DNA of 64,000 nucleotides, taken from the NCBI GenBank assembly GCA_045106895.1, contig JBGCFM010000039.1, positions 1-64,000 of the forward strand, in the 5' to 3' direction. Of this stretch, positions 9,623 through 19,564 are shown in pieces; position 1 is the first letter of the stretch; each line of letters opens with the position of its first letter. The stretch comes from Polyangiales bacterium (lineage in GTDB: Bacteria; Myxococcota_A; Polyangia; Polyangiales; Houyiibacteriaceae). A program made the position numbers and the translations under genes. Under the pieces are notes generated by a model, which worked only from the letters and a program-made list of their open reading frames with translations, made no database searches and had not been told where the DNA came from.

Positions 9623-10976
9623 AGAGCGCGCCGCGTCCTCGCTGCACGCGAAGCAGCGCGCTTCCATCACGCAGCGCCGCGTGAATCGCTCTCGGGTCAC
9701 GAACGCGTCTCCGGTCGACGGCCACGATGACGTCGTTCTGCATCAGCCCCGCACGGCCCGCCGCGCTTCCGGCCTGAACACCCACGACGCGGACTCCGCG
9801 TCGCCCTGGCTCCAGCACCATTCCGAAGCGGTCGGGCTGCGGAGTGCGGGAGGGCCGCGCGTCCTCGCTCGCGCCTGGACGCTGGCCCGTCTGAACCTGA
9901 ATCGAGCGCGTACGACCATCACGGATCACCGAGAGCCGCAGCGTGGCGCCTATCGGAGATGCCAAGACACGCCGGATCAAGTCGTTCGTCGCTTGCAAGG
10001 GGCTGCCGTTCACCCGGGTGATCACATCTCCGGCCTGGAGCCCAGACCCCGCCGCCGGACCATCCGGATCAACGCCGGCCACCAATGCGCCACGCGTATT
10101 CGGTGGTGCGCGCACGTGACGCGCAAGGGCTGGAGTCAGCTCCTGAAAAGAGACCCCCACGTAGGCGCGGCGCACCTCACCCCCATCGATAATCTGCGAC
10201 GCGACCTGGTCCGCCAACTCGCTCACCACGGCGAAACCGATCCCGCTCCCTCGGCCGACGATCATCGTGTTGATGCCGATCACCTCACCGCGAAGGTTCA
10301 GCAAGGGCCCACCGCTGTTGCCCGGGTTGATGCTCGCGTCGGTCTGAACGTAGTCTTCGATCTCGTTCATCCCGACGCCCCCACGCCCCAGAGCGCTCAC
10401 GATACCCGCCGTCACGGTGTAGTCGAGGCCGAAGGGAGAGCCGACGGCGATGGCCCATTCACCGACGCGAATGGCATCCCGACGCGCAAAACTCGCCGCC
10501 GGTAACCCCCGAGCGTCGATTTTGATCACAGCGAGATCCGTCGCGGGATCCGTTCCTACAACCTCCGCGGGGAACGTTCGCCCGTCGTGAAGACGAACTT
10601 CAATGGCCGACGCCGTCCCCACCACGTGGTTGTTGGTCAGGATGTGGCCGTCGGCGCGGAACACAACGCCGGAACCACCTCCACGAACCGTCTCGGAGCG
10701 TCCGAAATGGCGGCTTCTTCTCTGCGCTTCTACTTGTATCGACACGACGCTATCCGCCGAACGTTCCGCGACGCTGGCGAAGGCATCGCCCAGCTGCGTG
10801 GCAAAGGCGATGGCTCGCGCATCTTGGGCAGGCTGCGCAGCGGCCGGCGCCACGCCCATCAGAAGGAGCAGCACGAGGCACACAAACGACGAAGCCACCC
10901 TACGAGGAGGCTCGGCGGGGAGGCGGAAACGAAGTCGACTCGTGGGAGCCGGCGAAGGGGAAGAGGATGGATTCAT
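9600..10976 (-). CDS. HtrA/DegP-family serine protease with two PDZ domains
   Basis: [27 protein letters not shown] catalytic motifs; PDZ-like C-terminal regions. Confidence 0.95.
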   Translation of the reverse strand: MNPSSSPSPAPTSRLRFRLPAEPPRRVASSFVCLVLLLLMGVAPAAAQPAQDARAIAFATQLGDAFASVAERSADSVVSIQVEAQRRSRHFGRSETVRGGGSGVVFRADGHILTNNHVVGTASAIEVRLHDGRTFPAEVVGTDPATDLAVIKIDARGLPAASFARRDAIRVGEWAIAVGSPFGLDYTVTAGIVSALGRGGVGMNEIEDYVQTDASINPGNSGGPLLNLRGEVIGINTMIVGRGSGIGFAVVSELADQVASQIIDGGEVRRAYVGVSFQELTPALARHVRAPPNTRGALVAGVDPDGPAAGSGLQAGDVITRVNGSPLQATNDLIRRVLASPIGATLRLSVIRDGRTRSIQVQTGQRPGASEDARPSRTPQPDRFGMVLEPGRRGVRVVGVQAGSAAGRAGLMQNDVIVAVDRRRVRDPRAIHAALRDGSALLRVQRGRGALFISIRTR

Positions 10977-11086
10977 GGGCGGGTCTCGTGTGTTGAAACG
11001 TCCAAAGACCAAATTCATTCGACGCACACCCGATTTTAAGTGCGCGCGATGCGGCAAGCGCTGCTGTGTACATGCTACAGCGGCGT

Positions 11087-12955
11087 ATGGACCTCGTCCA
11101 AACGCCTAAGCGTTACCTGCGCGCGCCGCGTTTTCGAAACGTCGACGGCGAGCTCTTCCTCGACTGCCTAGCTTGGCATCCCGGAGACAAGGATGCGCCT
11201 GAAGCGATAGTTCGGTGGTCTCTCAACGCGAGCGGTGAACCTCAGGAGTCACGCACTCTTCGCCGCGCCGCCGCCCTGATGACCCACGAAGGCGACGCGC
11301 TCCGTGAAGCGCGTTTCGTCAGCGACGAAGGCGAAGTCGAGATCACGCACAACGGCGGTATCGCCGAGGTGTGGCTTCGCGCACCCACGCAGCTCTTGAT
11401 TTGGCGCGCTCGCGGCATCGCCTCGTCCCCTTCCCTCGTCGCGAGCGACGACTCTCTTTACGTGGCTTGGCATCACAACGTGCGCGAGGACACCGGAGTC
11501 GCCGACGTCGCCAAGTGGATCACCCTTCGCTGCATTCGCGGCGAAGAAGTCCTCGAGCCTTCTGCGCCGATGACGGGTCGCGACCGGGACCTCGACGGCG
11601 AAGAGCAGTCCTTTGAGTTTCCCGAACTCGTCGTCGGTACGGACGGGGCCCTCGCGCTCTTTGGGCGCGGCTCTCACAACCATTGGCGCCAAGACCTAAA
11701 CGCCAGCGGCTATTCGGAACGCGCTTCGCTGAGTGACGGACAGTGGGGAAGCCGTGGCCGACGTTGCGTCGCAGCGCTTGTCGACGCCAAGACTCTTGTA
11801 TGTGCGCGACGTGACCGTCGCGCCATCATCGTCACAACCATGGACGCGCCGAGCGGCGGCGCTCCTTCGTGGACTCGCGCGAAAGTCGACTGCGCCGCAC
11901 AGCCAGCGACCGCGATGGAAGCACGCGAAGACCCGGCGGCGCGACATGGGCTTCAAACTTGTTTTGGGGACATCCAACAGCACAGCGCGCATAGCGACGG
12001 AATCGGCAGCGCCGATGAAGCCTACCTGCGAGCTCGCGATCACTACGGAGACGACTTCGTAGCGCTCACGGACCATGAGTCGTTTCTTGGAAAACGGACC
12101 GGTCCTGGCGAGTGGGAGTACCTCAAGTCCGTCGCGGACCGCTTCGATTCGCCTGGCAGCTTCGCGACGCTCCTCGCGTACGAGTGGACGGGCAAGATGT
12201 ACCCCGGCCCTGGGCACAAGTGTGTGTACGTCCCCAAGAGAGACAGCCCGCTTATCTCCCGCGACGAAGTGCCCAACGGAAGAGAGTTCGTCCAGCTCGC
12301 TGTCGAGCACGGGATGCTGGCCTCACCACATCACATCGGCTGGACCGGGTGCGACGAAGACGGCCACGATCCCGTGGGTCAGCCGACATGGGAAATCTGC
12401 TCGTGCCATGGCTGCTATGAACACGCCGACCACCCGCTGGGGCAGCGCGGAGAGCACACCCACCAGCTCGTTGATGCGATGCTTGCGAAGGGACACCGCT
12501 TCGGCTTCACGGCGTCGAGCGACAGCCATGGGCTTCTATGGCATCACGGCGAGAGCCGGAAGCGCGATCCTTACCGAACAGGACTCACGGCGGTGCAGGT
12601 TTCCAGCCTGAATCGCGACGCAGTCTTCGAGGCGCTTAAGGCAAGGCGCTGCTACGCGACGAGTGGTGCAAAGATCCTTCTCGATTTCACCGTCGACGGA
12701 CACCCCATGGGAAGCGAGTTGGGCGCGCGGCGTGGACGCGCCGAAGGGAGCGTCCGTGGCACCAGCGAACTCGCTCGCGTGGAGCTCGTCGCCCAAAGCG
12801 GCGTCGTCGCCAGCGCGCCGCTAGATCGCGATAGTCGCGAAGCAGACTTCGCCTTCGACGTCGAAGGCCTGCCCTACGTCTACCTGCGTGTCGTCCAGTC
12901 CGACGGTGAGATGGCGTGGTCGAGCCCCGTGTTCTTCGACGCCGCCGGCAAGTAG
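11087..12955 (+). CDS. PHP-fold metallohydrolase (DUF3604/CehA-like)
   Basis: [20 protein letters not shown] motifs and R.CYATSG C-terminal motif. Confidence 0.8.
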   Translation: MDLVQTPKRYLRAPRFRNVDGELFLDCLAWHPGDKDAPEAIVRWSLNASGEPQESRTLRRAAALMTHEGDALREARFVSDEGEVEITHNGGIAEVWLRAPTQLLIWRARGIASSPSLVASDDSLYVAWHHNVREDTGVADVAKWITLRCIRGEEVLEPSAPMTGRDRDLDGEEQSFEFPELVVGTDGALALFGRGSHNHWRQDLNASGYSERASLSDGQWGSRGRRCVAALVDAKTLVCARRDRRAIIVTTMDAPSGGAPSWTRAKVDCAAQPATAMEAREDPAARHGLQTCFGDIQQHSAHSDGIGSADEAYLRARDHYGDDFVALTDHESFLGKRTGPGEWEYLKSVADRFDSPGSFATLLAYEWTGKMYPGPGHKCVYVPKRDSPLISRDEVPNGREFVQLAVEHGMLASPHHIGWTGCDEDGHDPVGQPTWEICSCHGCYEHADHPLGQRGEHTHQLVDAMLAKGHRFGFTASSDSHGLLWHHGESRKRDPYRTGLTAVQVSSLNRDAVFEALKARRCYATSGAKILLDFTVDGHPMGSELGARRGRAEGSVRGTSELARVELVAQSGVVASAPLDRDSREADFAFDVEGLPYVYLRVVQSDGEMAWSSPVFFDAAGK

Positions 12956-12964
12956 CGCACAATT

Positions 12965-12997
12965 GAAAACGCCGCGCTCCCAGGTGGGACGCGGCGT
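12965..12997. terminator. Hairpin between convergent genes; likely intrinsic terminator for dksA
   Basis: ACGCCGCG(C)TCCC-AGGT-GGGACGCGGCGT stem preceded by GAAAA (U-tract on minus strand). Confidence 0.65.
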
Positions 12998-13018
12998 CGT
13001 CGAATGAGCCGGGGACTC

Positions 13019-13447
13019 TCAGCTCTGGTGCTGTTTGCGCTCGCGCTCGACCTGCTCTTTGTACTCCACGGAGTAGCGGGTCCAAGGCCGAAGCTCCAAG
13101 CGCTTCAGGTTGATGGGCTCGCCGGTTCCTTCGCAAACGCCGTACTCACCTTCCTCGAACTTCTCGAGGGCTGTGGCGATCTGAACGAGGAGCTTTCGCT
13201 CCTTGTCAGCGAAACGCATAAGGTACGCCTGTTCCGTGTGTCGCTGCGCGACATCCATCTCATCGCTGAGCGGGTCCACGTTGGAAATCGCGTCGGAGAG
13301 GTGCTCACCGAGTCCCTGCATGACCGTGTCACGCTTCGCGAGGAGAGCGTCGTAGAGACCCTTCACCTGCTTTTTGGTCAGCTTCGCGTCAGGATGAGCC
13401 TCTGGCTCAAACTTGGGCGTTTCTGTGCTTTTTTTCTTCGTCGCCAT
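13019..13447 (-). CDS. dksA: RNA polymerase-binding DksA/TraR-family protein, one-Cys type
   Basis: Coiled-coil tip DEMDVA (DxxDxA); YGVCEGTGEPINLKRLELRPWTRYSVEY C-terminal domain; GGGGGAG RBS before ATG 13447. Confidence 0.9.
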   Translation of the reverse strand: MATKKKSTETPKFEPEAHPDAKLTKKQVKGLYDALLAKRDTVMQGLGEHLSDAISNVDPLSDEMDVAQRHTEQAYLMRFADKERKLLVQIATALEKFEEGEYGVCEGTGEPINLKRLELRPWTRYSVEYKEQVERERKQHQS

Positions 13448-13635
13448 GTGTGCTCCCCCCGCAGATCTTGATTCTGGGGCGGGATGAAATGCCATGCATC
13501 GGCCGCGGATGCAATGGCAAGAACGGGTAGACCCCCAGACCTGTGCCAAAATGGGCAATTATTATTTCATTAGGCGTCTAAAACGGCACCTTTGGGTTTC
13601 AATAAGTTCGGCGAGCCGGCATAATCGGAGTCAGA

Positions 13636-14148
13636 ATGGCAACAAAGGACGCCCTCGACCACGAAGATGACCAGGAATTGGTGTGGCACGTGCGCGATTC
13701 CGGGTGGCGCGAGGCCGAATGGGACTGTCTCTACGTGGTTCAGCACACCGGCCACGCCGACGACGACCGCATCGATGGCTTTATCGCCAACGTGGAGCGT
13801 TTCCTCGCAAAGCGTTCACGGGCCGGCTTGCTTGTGTTGCCTGGACTCCAAGTGCGCCCCCCGTCGGCAGCAGCCCGAAAACGCGCCATCGCGATGATGA
13901 AGAGCAACCAAGGCACGCTCCAGGGCGCCGCGCTTTGGAGCCCCGCGGAGGGCATGTTCGCGTCGGCGATCCGCAGCGTCACCACCGCCATCTTTGCATT
14001 CGGTGCGCCGTGGCTAAAAGCAAAGGTGTGTGGCGACCGTGCCGCCCTCGTCACCTGGGCGAGCGAGTTTTCCAAGCGGAGCTCCGCAGACGTCGACGCG
14101 ATGCTCGATGTCGTGTTCGGAGACCTCCCGGGCAAAACTCAGATGTGA
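13636..14148 (+). CDS. Hypothetical cytoplasmic protein (possible STAS/SEC14-like fold)
   Basis: RBS GGAG upstream; P....RK...M pattern seen in myxobacterial STAS/SEC14-like proteins; weak family call. Confidence 0.6.
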   Translation: MATKDALDHEDDQELVWHVRDSGWREAEWDCLYVVQHTGHADDDRIDGFIANVERFLAKRSRAGLLVLPGLQVRPPSAAARKRAIAMMKSNQGTLQGAALWSPAEGMFASAIRSVTTAIFAFGAPWLKAKVCGDRAALVTWASEFSKRSSADVDAMLDVVFGDLPGKTQM

Positions 14149-14189
14149 AATCAAGATGCGTGCGTTGCGGGGGTATGGGACGCTGGCGT

Positions 14190-14702
14190 GTGTCTATTCC
14201 GTTCAGCGCATTGCGTATCGCCGTCGTCACCGTGAGCGACTCACGAACCCTTGAGACCGATCGCTCCGGCGACGTCCTCGCGGAGAGACTGCAAGGCGCC
14301 GGGCACCATCTGGCGCAGCGAATCATCATCCCAGACGACATCGCTGAACTCTCTGCGCTCCTCAGAACACTCGCGGAGGACGCCGGCGTAGATGTCGTCA
14401 TCACTACCGGCGGCACCGGCGTCACTGGACGCGACATCACCCCCGAGGCTCTCGACGCCGTCGCCACGAAACACATCCCGGGCTTTGGCGAGCTTTTCCG
14501 AATGTTGAGCTACGAGAAAATCGGCACATCGACGATTCAGTCGAGAGCGTGCGCCGTCTTGTCCGGAAACACATACATCTTCGCCCTGCCCGGCTCCCCG
14601 AGCGCATGCAAAGACGGCTGGGACGGCATCCTCTTGCAACAGCTCGATATCCGCCACCGGCCCTGCAACTTCGCGGAGCTGATCCCACGTCTCCTCGAGT
14701 AG
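14190..14702 (+). CDS. moaB: Molybdenum cofactor biosynthesis protein B
   Basis: IAVVTVSDSR, TTGGTGVTGRD.TPEA, GFGELFR..SY..IG.S..QSRA, LPGSP, RPCNF; start approximate. Confidence 0.95.
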   Translation: MSIPFSALRIAVVTVSDSRTLETDRSGDVLAERLQGAGHHLAQRIIIPDDIAELSALLRTLAEDAGVDVVITTGGTGVTGRDITPEALDAVATKHIPGFGELFRMLSYEKIGTSTIQSRACAVLSGNTYIFALPGSPSACKDGWDGILLQQLDIRHRPCNFAELIPRLLE

Positions 14703-14741
14703 GAGAGCGCTCGAGCTAAGGGGCGCGTGGTAGGGTGACGC

Positions 14742-16586
14742 ATGCGCGGCCTTTCCCTGTTTTGTTTCCTCACTCTTCTTTGCGCCTGCGGAGATGACGA
14801 CGGGTCTTCGGACGTAGGCACCTCGGATGTCGGTGCATCGGACGGCGGGGCCGACGTCAGCCACGACGCCGGAATCGACGCAGGGTCGGATGGGGGCGCG
14901 GGTGACGCCGGTGACGCAGGGAGTGGCGCGGATGCCGGCACGTCGGATACCGGCAGCCCCGACTCCGGCGCGGACAGCAGCGTCGACGGCGGCACCGACG
15001 CCGGCATAGACGCAACGATCCCGCCTCCGGACTTCCCCGACTTCCCCATCGGCCCCTACGCGAGCGCCCTGACGATGCTCGTCGACAGCCTCCTCAGCAA
15101 CGCCACCTCGTACGATACCTCGACGCGCTACGGCGACAGCGCGGCACAGGGATACGTGCTCCAAGGCATTGGCGAACTCCTCTGGGCGGCGCGGGACGCA
15201 TCTCTCGACGGGCGCGACGCACTCATCACGGCGGCCCTCGGCGAGATCGACGAGCTCGAGCGTTCCGCCGACCGAACGACCGGCGCTGCCCCGGCCTTTG
15301 GACTCGTCGACGCTTGGGACGCTTTCGGAGACGGTAGTACAAACCCCGCCTACACCGCCTACACCTGGCAGTCCGGAATGGTCGCCCTCGGCGTAGCGAA
15401 GGTCGCTCGCGTGCTCGTCGACTCCGGTCATCCAGAAGCCACGCGTGTACGCGCTTTCGGCACCGCCCTTGTGGAGCGCTGGGATGCGCACTTTACGCGC
15501 GTCAGCGACGGTGCCTACTGGTGGTATTCGACGACGAGCAACGACGCCATCGCGGTTCACAACACCAGTGCGCTGATCGCCATGGCGAGTCAGATTCTTG
15601 GAGAAATCGGCGGCCCTCCCAGCCTCCTGGATGGTCCCCGCGACGCCGTCGACCTGCTGTGGGCGCGCATGAGAGGAAACCCCAGCATCGGATATGAATG
15701 GAACTACGCCGACGACGGGTACCCGCTGCCGCTCCGAGACGCGGAAGATGTTTCTCATGCACTGGTGACGCTGCAGCTCATGGCCTTCGCACGAGAACGC
15801 GGGTGGTGGAGCGCCACTCAAGCCGCCGGAGTCGCCGTCACCCTCCTGGAGACGATGTGGACGGGGCACCCCGCGCGCCTGACCGGGCGTGTCGACGGAT
15901 CCACCGTGAGCGCGTCGCACGAGTATAGGTGGAGCGCATCCGCCGGCATCGGATACGCAGCGCACGGGAACGCGTCTGGCGGAGACCCCGAGGTTTTCGA
16001 CGCGGCTTGTTCGCTGCTTTTCTCGACGTACTTGAGCCCATTTGAGCGTCCGCTCGTGGGTGGGCGCACCGATGCGGGGCGCTCGTATCTTCTCGCGATG
16101 CTCGCCTCCCGCCGCCCAGACGCCTTCGCGAACGGAACGCGCTGGCGCATGGTCGCAGGCGCGACGGGAGACGACGCGGTACCGAGTGAGCTCCCCGAAG
16201 GCGGCGGAGTTCGTTTCTACACCGTCGACTGGTCCGCTCCGAGTGAGCTGAGCGCGGGGCTCACGCTCCCCGCCCGAAGAGCAACCAGCGCCAGCGCGAA
16301 CTTCCTCGTGGACCTCGCGGAGCCGTCCGGCCGCGTCATCGTGAGCCTGGTCTACCGAAGCGGCGAAGCCGGCGCCGTTCAGCAGTGGGACGGAAGCGGA
16401 TATAGAACCCTCGCCAGCCTCCCCGCGAGCACCGCTCGTGATGGCGACGTGCGATGGATGCGCACCACCTTCGAACTAAACGCGACCCGCTTCGACTACC
16501 AAAGCGGCGTCGTGGGAACCAACGTGCTTCTTCAGTTCTCGAGCGACGCCGTGGCCCTCCACTCCATCGAAGCGACGCCGCTCTAG
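14742..16586 (+). CDS. Lipoprotein with DAG linker, aromatic-rich helical domain and C-terminal beta-sandwich
   Basis: Lipobox LCAC; about 75-aa D/G/A/S linker; helical domain with W/Y/H/D clusters. Confidence 0.7.
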   Translation: MRGLSLFCFLTLLCACGDDDGSSDVGTSDVGASDGGADVSHDAGIDAGSDGGAGDAGDAGSGADAGTSDTGSPDSGADSSVDGGTDAGIDATIPPPDFPDFPIGPYASALTMLVDSLLSNATSYDTSTRYGDSAAQGYVLQGIGELLWAARDASLDGRDALITAALGEIDELERSADRTTGAAPAFGLVDAWDAFGDGSTNPAYTAYTWQSGMVALGVAKVARVLVDSGHPEATRVRAFGTALVERWDAHFTRVSDGAYWWYSTTSNDAIAVHNTSALIAMASQILGEIGGPPSLLDGPRDAVDLLWARMRGNPSIGYEWNYADDGYPLPLRDAEDVSHALVTLQLMAFARERGWWSATQAAGVAVTLLETMWTGHPARLTGRVDGSTVSASHEYRWSASAGIGYAAHGNASGGDPEVFDAACSLLFSTYLSPFERPLVGGRTDAGRSYLLAMLASRRPDAFANGTRWRMVAGATGDDAVPSELPEGGGVRFYTVDWSAPSELSAGLTLPARRATSASANFLVDLAEPSGRVIVSLVYRSGEAGAVQQWDGSGYRTLASLPASTARDGDVRWMRTTFELNATRFDYQSGVVGTNVLLQFSSDAVALHSIEATPL

Positions 16587-17332
16587 AGTTCGCTCACCAT
16601 GGACGCGAAGAGCTCACCAATAGCGAAGACGTCACCAGGCCAACGCGCCGAGACGTAGTTAGCGTCGCGCACGACGTGCGTGGCGCTGTGGTCTTTTGCG
16701 CCCCCTTTGGCAAAGAGATGGATAGGACCTCGCTCGTAGACCCCGTGCGGCCCCAGCGCCTCGAGAACCTCATCCTCCACATAGGCTTCGTAGGTGCGGT
16801 AGTAACGACCGAGCTTCCACGCCGTCGACAGCCACGCGCTTCGCTCCATGTACTTCGGGAGACACGTCGTCCGTCGCCCGTAAAGCACAGAGTGGCCCGT
16901 CGCAGGATCACGACTGCGCGCGGCGAGGAGCGTGCCGTGACAGACCGCGGCGACGGGTTTGTTCGCGTCGAAGAACGCACGAACGACGTCATGAAGCATG
17001 GCGCTTTCGAAGTAGGGGCGCATCGCCTTCGCGTGACCACCCGGTAAAAAGAGCGCGTCGAAGTCGTCGGCGTCGACCTCTTCCCAGCGGAGGGGCGTCG
17101 CGAATGCCTCGTCGCGGGTCATCGCCTCATAGTCACGGCGCGCCTCACTCGTGGGGCCAAGCATTCCGAAGATGACTCCGTCGAGAACGATGGGATCGGC
17201 CCGTCCAGCGACGCCGGTTTCCGTCGCGAAGACAACGTCATGGCCTGCGTCACGCGCAAGTCGCCAAGGTACGCCCGACTCGCTCGGGTCGAAGTCACGG
17301 TCCGGCAGGAGCATGAGAATACGACGGGTCAC
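16583..17332 (-). CDS. DJ-1/PfpI-family (class I GATase-like) protein
   Basis: FDPSE..VPW, LFLPGGH, AAVCHG, SARWPGD. Confidence 0.9.
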   Translation of the reverse strand: MTRRILMLLPDRDFDPSESGVPWRLARDAGHDVVFATETGVAGRADPIVLDGVIFGMLGPTSEARRDYEAMTRDEAFATPLRWEEVDADDFDALFLPGGHAKAMRPYFESAMLHDVVRAFFDANKPVAAVCHGTLLAARSRDPATGHSVLYGRRTTCLPKYMERSAWLSTAWKLGRYYRTYEAYVEDEVLEALGPHGVYERGPIHLFAKGGAKDHSATHVVRDANYVSARWPGDVFAIGELFASMVSEL

Positions 17333-17369
17333 TTCACGTCACTCCATGACGCAGCGCCGTCGAGGCCTG

Positions 17370-18188
17370 CTAGATGTCGACTTTCATGCCTTCTTTGGCG
17401 ACGAAGCTTCCTTCGAAGGCTTCGGCGGCCTGGCCTTCCACGCTGCGCATGAACGCATCGTCGTGGTAGGGGTCGTGGTGGAAGATGGCGAGTCGTTCAA
17501 CGTTCGCCGCTTTGGCGAGGCGAACACCTTCTTGCCAAGTGGAGTGACCCCAACCGACGTGCGCCGGGAACTCTTCGTCTGTGTATGTGCTGTCGTAGAT
17601 GACGACGTTCGCGTCTTTGATCAGCGAGACGATCCGCTCGTCTCGCTGCCCCGGCACGTGCTCCGTGTCCGTGACGTAGCAAAGGGAACGCCCGTTGAAT
17701 TCGAAGCGATAGCCCGTCGCCCCGTCAGGATGGCGGAGCGGTGCCGTCTTTACGCGAACCGGCCCGATGTCGAACTCTTCGCCGGCGCGAAAGTCCTCGA
17801 AGGTGAGGGCCGCCTGAAGCGCCGAGAGGGGCACTGGAAATGTCGGTCGCGCCATCTGCCCAGCGAGCACACGCTCCACCCCGCCGGCGTCTGCGAGGTG
17901 ACCCGCGCGAATGCGAAAGCTGTGGTCGGCGGAGTAAGCCGGCGTGAAGAACGGGAAGCCGTTGATGTGGTCCCAGTGCGTATGGGTCAGACAGACCGTC
18001 GCCTCACGGATGTTTCGCTCGATGAAACTCTGCCCGAGGTTACGGATGCCCGTGCCTGCATCGAGGACGATGGAGGTATCTCCTGCACGAACCTCAATGC
18101 AGCTGGTGTTGCCACCGAACTCGATATGGCTCGGCGAGGGACAAGCGATCGAACCGCGAACTCCCCAAAAGCGTATCCAGAAATCCAT
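17370..18188 (-). CDS. MBL-fold metallo-hydrolase
   Basis: FWGVRGSI, GGNTSC, DAGTG, THTHWDH, DTEH, WGHSTW, FHHDP. Confidence 0.9.
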   Translation of the reverse strand: MDFWIRFWGVRGSIACPSPSHIEFGGNTSCIEVRAGDTSIVLDAGTGIRNLGQSFIERNIREATVCLTHTHWDHINGFPFFTPAYSADHSFRIRAGHLADAGGVERVLAGQMARPTFPVPLSALQAALTFEDFRAGEEFDIGPVRVKTAPLRHPDGATGYRFEFNGRSLCYVTDTEHVPGQRDERIVSLIKDANVVIYDSTYTDEEFPAHVGWGHSTWQEGVRLAKAANVERLAIFHHDPYHDDAFMRSVEGQAAEAFEGSFVAKEGMKVDI

Positions 18189-18339
18189 CGTAGTCTGAGG
18201 GCACAGCTTGTACTGGCCTGAGAAGATTGAGTACCACGATTGTCCCCTTCCATCCCACACTGTTTTTCAGCGAGGCAGGAGCGCATTTGAGCCCTCTGGT
18301 CGCCAAACCGCCTGAACCTGCTACCAAAAGCGCCCTTCG

Positions 18340-18846
18340 ATGAGCTTTCACCTCCGATTTACGCGCCGTTTTAGCATGGCTCACCGCCTCATTAGTGGCC
18401 GCAGCGAGCTCTGCGCGACGCCCCATGGCCACAATGAGTTCGTCACCGTGGAGCTCGCGCCCCTTCAAGCAGACAAGCTGGACGGCTCGACGAACATGGT
18501 GGTGGAGTTCGCCTCGGCGAAGGCTCGCTGGCACCGTTTCGTCGACGAAGTCCTCGATCATGCGCTCCAGCTCTCCTCGGATGACCCTCTCGTGGCGATC
18601 GCCGCGGCTCAATTTCCGCAGTGGCGCCTTGTGATCACCCCCGGTGACCCAACCACGGAGCTCCTCGCGGCGCTCTTGGCGTCCAAATGCCAGGCCATTT
18701 TGGATGACGAAGGGCTGAAACTCCGCGTCGAGCGGCTTCTCCTCGAGGAAACGCCCACCAACACCGTGGTCGTGGATGGCGACGGGCGACGGCTTCTCCC
18801 CGAGAAGGACGGCTGGTGGACCCGAGCGGACGCCAGCGCTCGTTAG
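18340..18846 (+). CDS. queD: 6-carboxy-5,6,7,8-tetrahydropterin synthase / 6-pyruvoyl-tetrahydropterin synthase
   Basis: SMAHRL...C..PHGHN, LDH, PTTE, EETPTN T-fold motifs. Confidence 0.85.
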   Translation: MSFHLRFTRRFSMAHRLISGRSELCATPHGHNEFVTVELAPLQADKLDGSTNMVVEFASAKARWHRFVDEVLDHALQLSSDDPLVAIAAAQFPQWRLVITPGDPTTELLAALLASKCQAILDDEGLKLRVERLLLEETPTNTVVVDGDGRRLLPEKDGWWTRADASAR

Positions 18847-18960
18847 TGCCCCGATGAGGGGAACCCACGACATACGTGGGCTTCCCACCACGCATTTGTC
18901 CGGAAGTTGAGCGAAACCTCCGAGTTTCGGTGTGGCCCACGTCTTGCTCTAGTTAGGGGT

Positions 18961-19020
18961 GAGTGACACGTCGAAGTCAATGCCCCCAAGTGGCTTCGGC
19001 GTGTCGCTTATTGAATTTAA
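18961..19020 (+). terminator. 19-bp stem-loop followed by a U/A-rich tail (terminator or structured RNA end)
   Basis: 18961-18979 pairs with 18991-19009 using 15 Watson-Crick and 4 G-U pairs; followed by ATTGAATTTAA. Confidence 0.6.
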
Positions 19021-19039
19021 GTAGCGCTTAGCCGGGAGC

Positions 19040-19564
19040 TCAGAGAAGCCCAGGGATCAAACGAAAACGCACTTTCGTCGTGTACTCCCGGTAGTCCTCG
19101 TGGTGGAGGAGCAGCTTCTCTTCACCGAGAATCCGCACCCATGTGCTCACAAACGCCAGCAGCGCCAATGGAGCAGCCTGAAGAACAGGGGCTCGCGCCG
19201 CGAGGATAAAGACCATCGCGAGCTCCGCCGCATAGGCCGGATGTCGCACCACCCGGTAGGGCCCACGTCGAACCACGCCGCGGTCGGCCGGCAGGATCGA
19301 AAATGCACCGCCCAGGTTGCCCAGGGCGAAGAGGGCCAGCACTCCAAACCCAGCGAAGAGCCATTCTTGAATGTCGACGAGGTGATCACGCGCAACCGCC
19401 ATCAGCAGTCCGCTGGAAACGACGCTCACCAAGGCCCACGCCGTGTCACCCCACTTCGCGATTCGCACTGGCGGCCGCCGCAGGAGAAAAAGAACACCGA
19501 TGACGATGTTCAGCGCGGCGAGCAGCCCATGAAGGAAGATCGACTCACCGCCGACCACGCGCAT
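19040..19564 (-). CDS. Isoprenylcysteine carboxyl methyltransferase (ICMT/PEMT)-family membrane protein
   Basis: LG..FS, GPYRVVRHPAY, RI..EE..L, Y..Y...VR.RLIPG; frame is open upstream to about 19657. Confidence 0.85.
   Translation of the reverse strand: MRVVGGESIFLHGLLAALNIVIGVLFLLRRPPVRIAKWGDTAWALVSVVSSGLLMAVARDHLVDIQEWLFAGFGVLALFALGNLGGAFSILPADRGVVRRGPYRVVRHPAYAAELAMVFILAARAPVLQAAPLALLAFVSTWVRILGEEKLLLHHEDYREYTTKVRFRLIPGLL

Noticed and set aside
13683..14189. Long N-terminal extension of MoaB (similar extensions on ORFs starting 35694, 41410, 49091)
   Set aside because: These extensions overlap neighbouring genes or terminators and are low-complexity open-frame artefacts of high GC.
14241..15965. 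574-aa minus-strand ORF
   Set aside because: Overlaps moaB and a lipoprotein on the other strand; no recognisable motifs.
18189..18339. preQ1 riboswitch upstream of queD
   Set aside because: No recognisable preQ1 stem-loop or A-rich tail by eye; an Rfam scan would be needed to exclude it fully.
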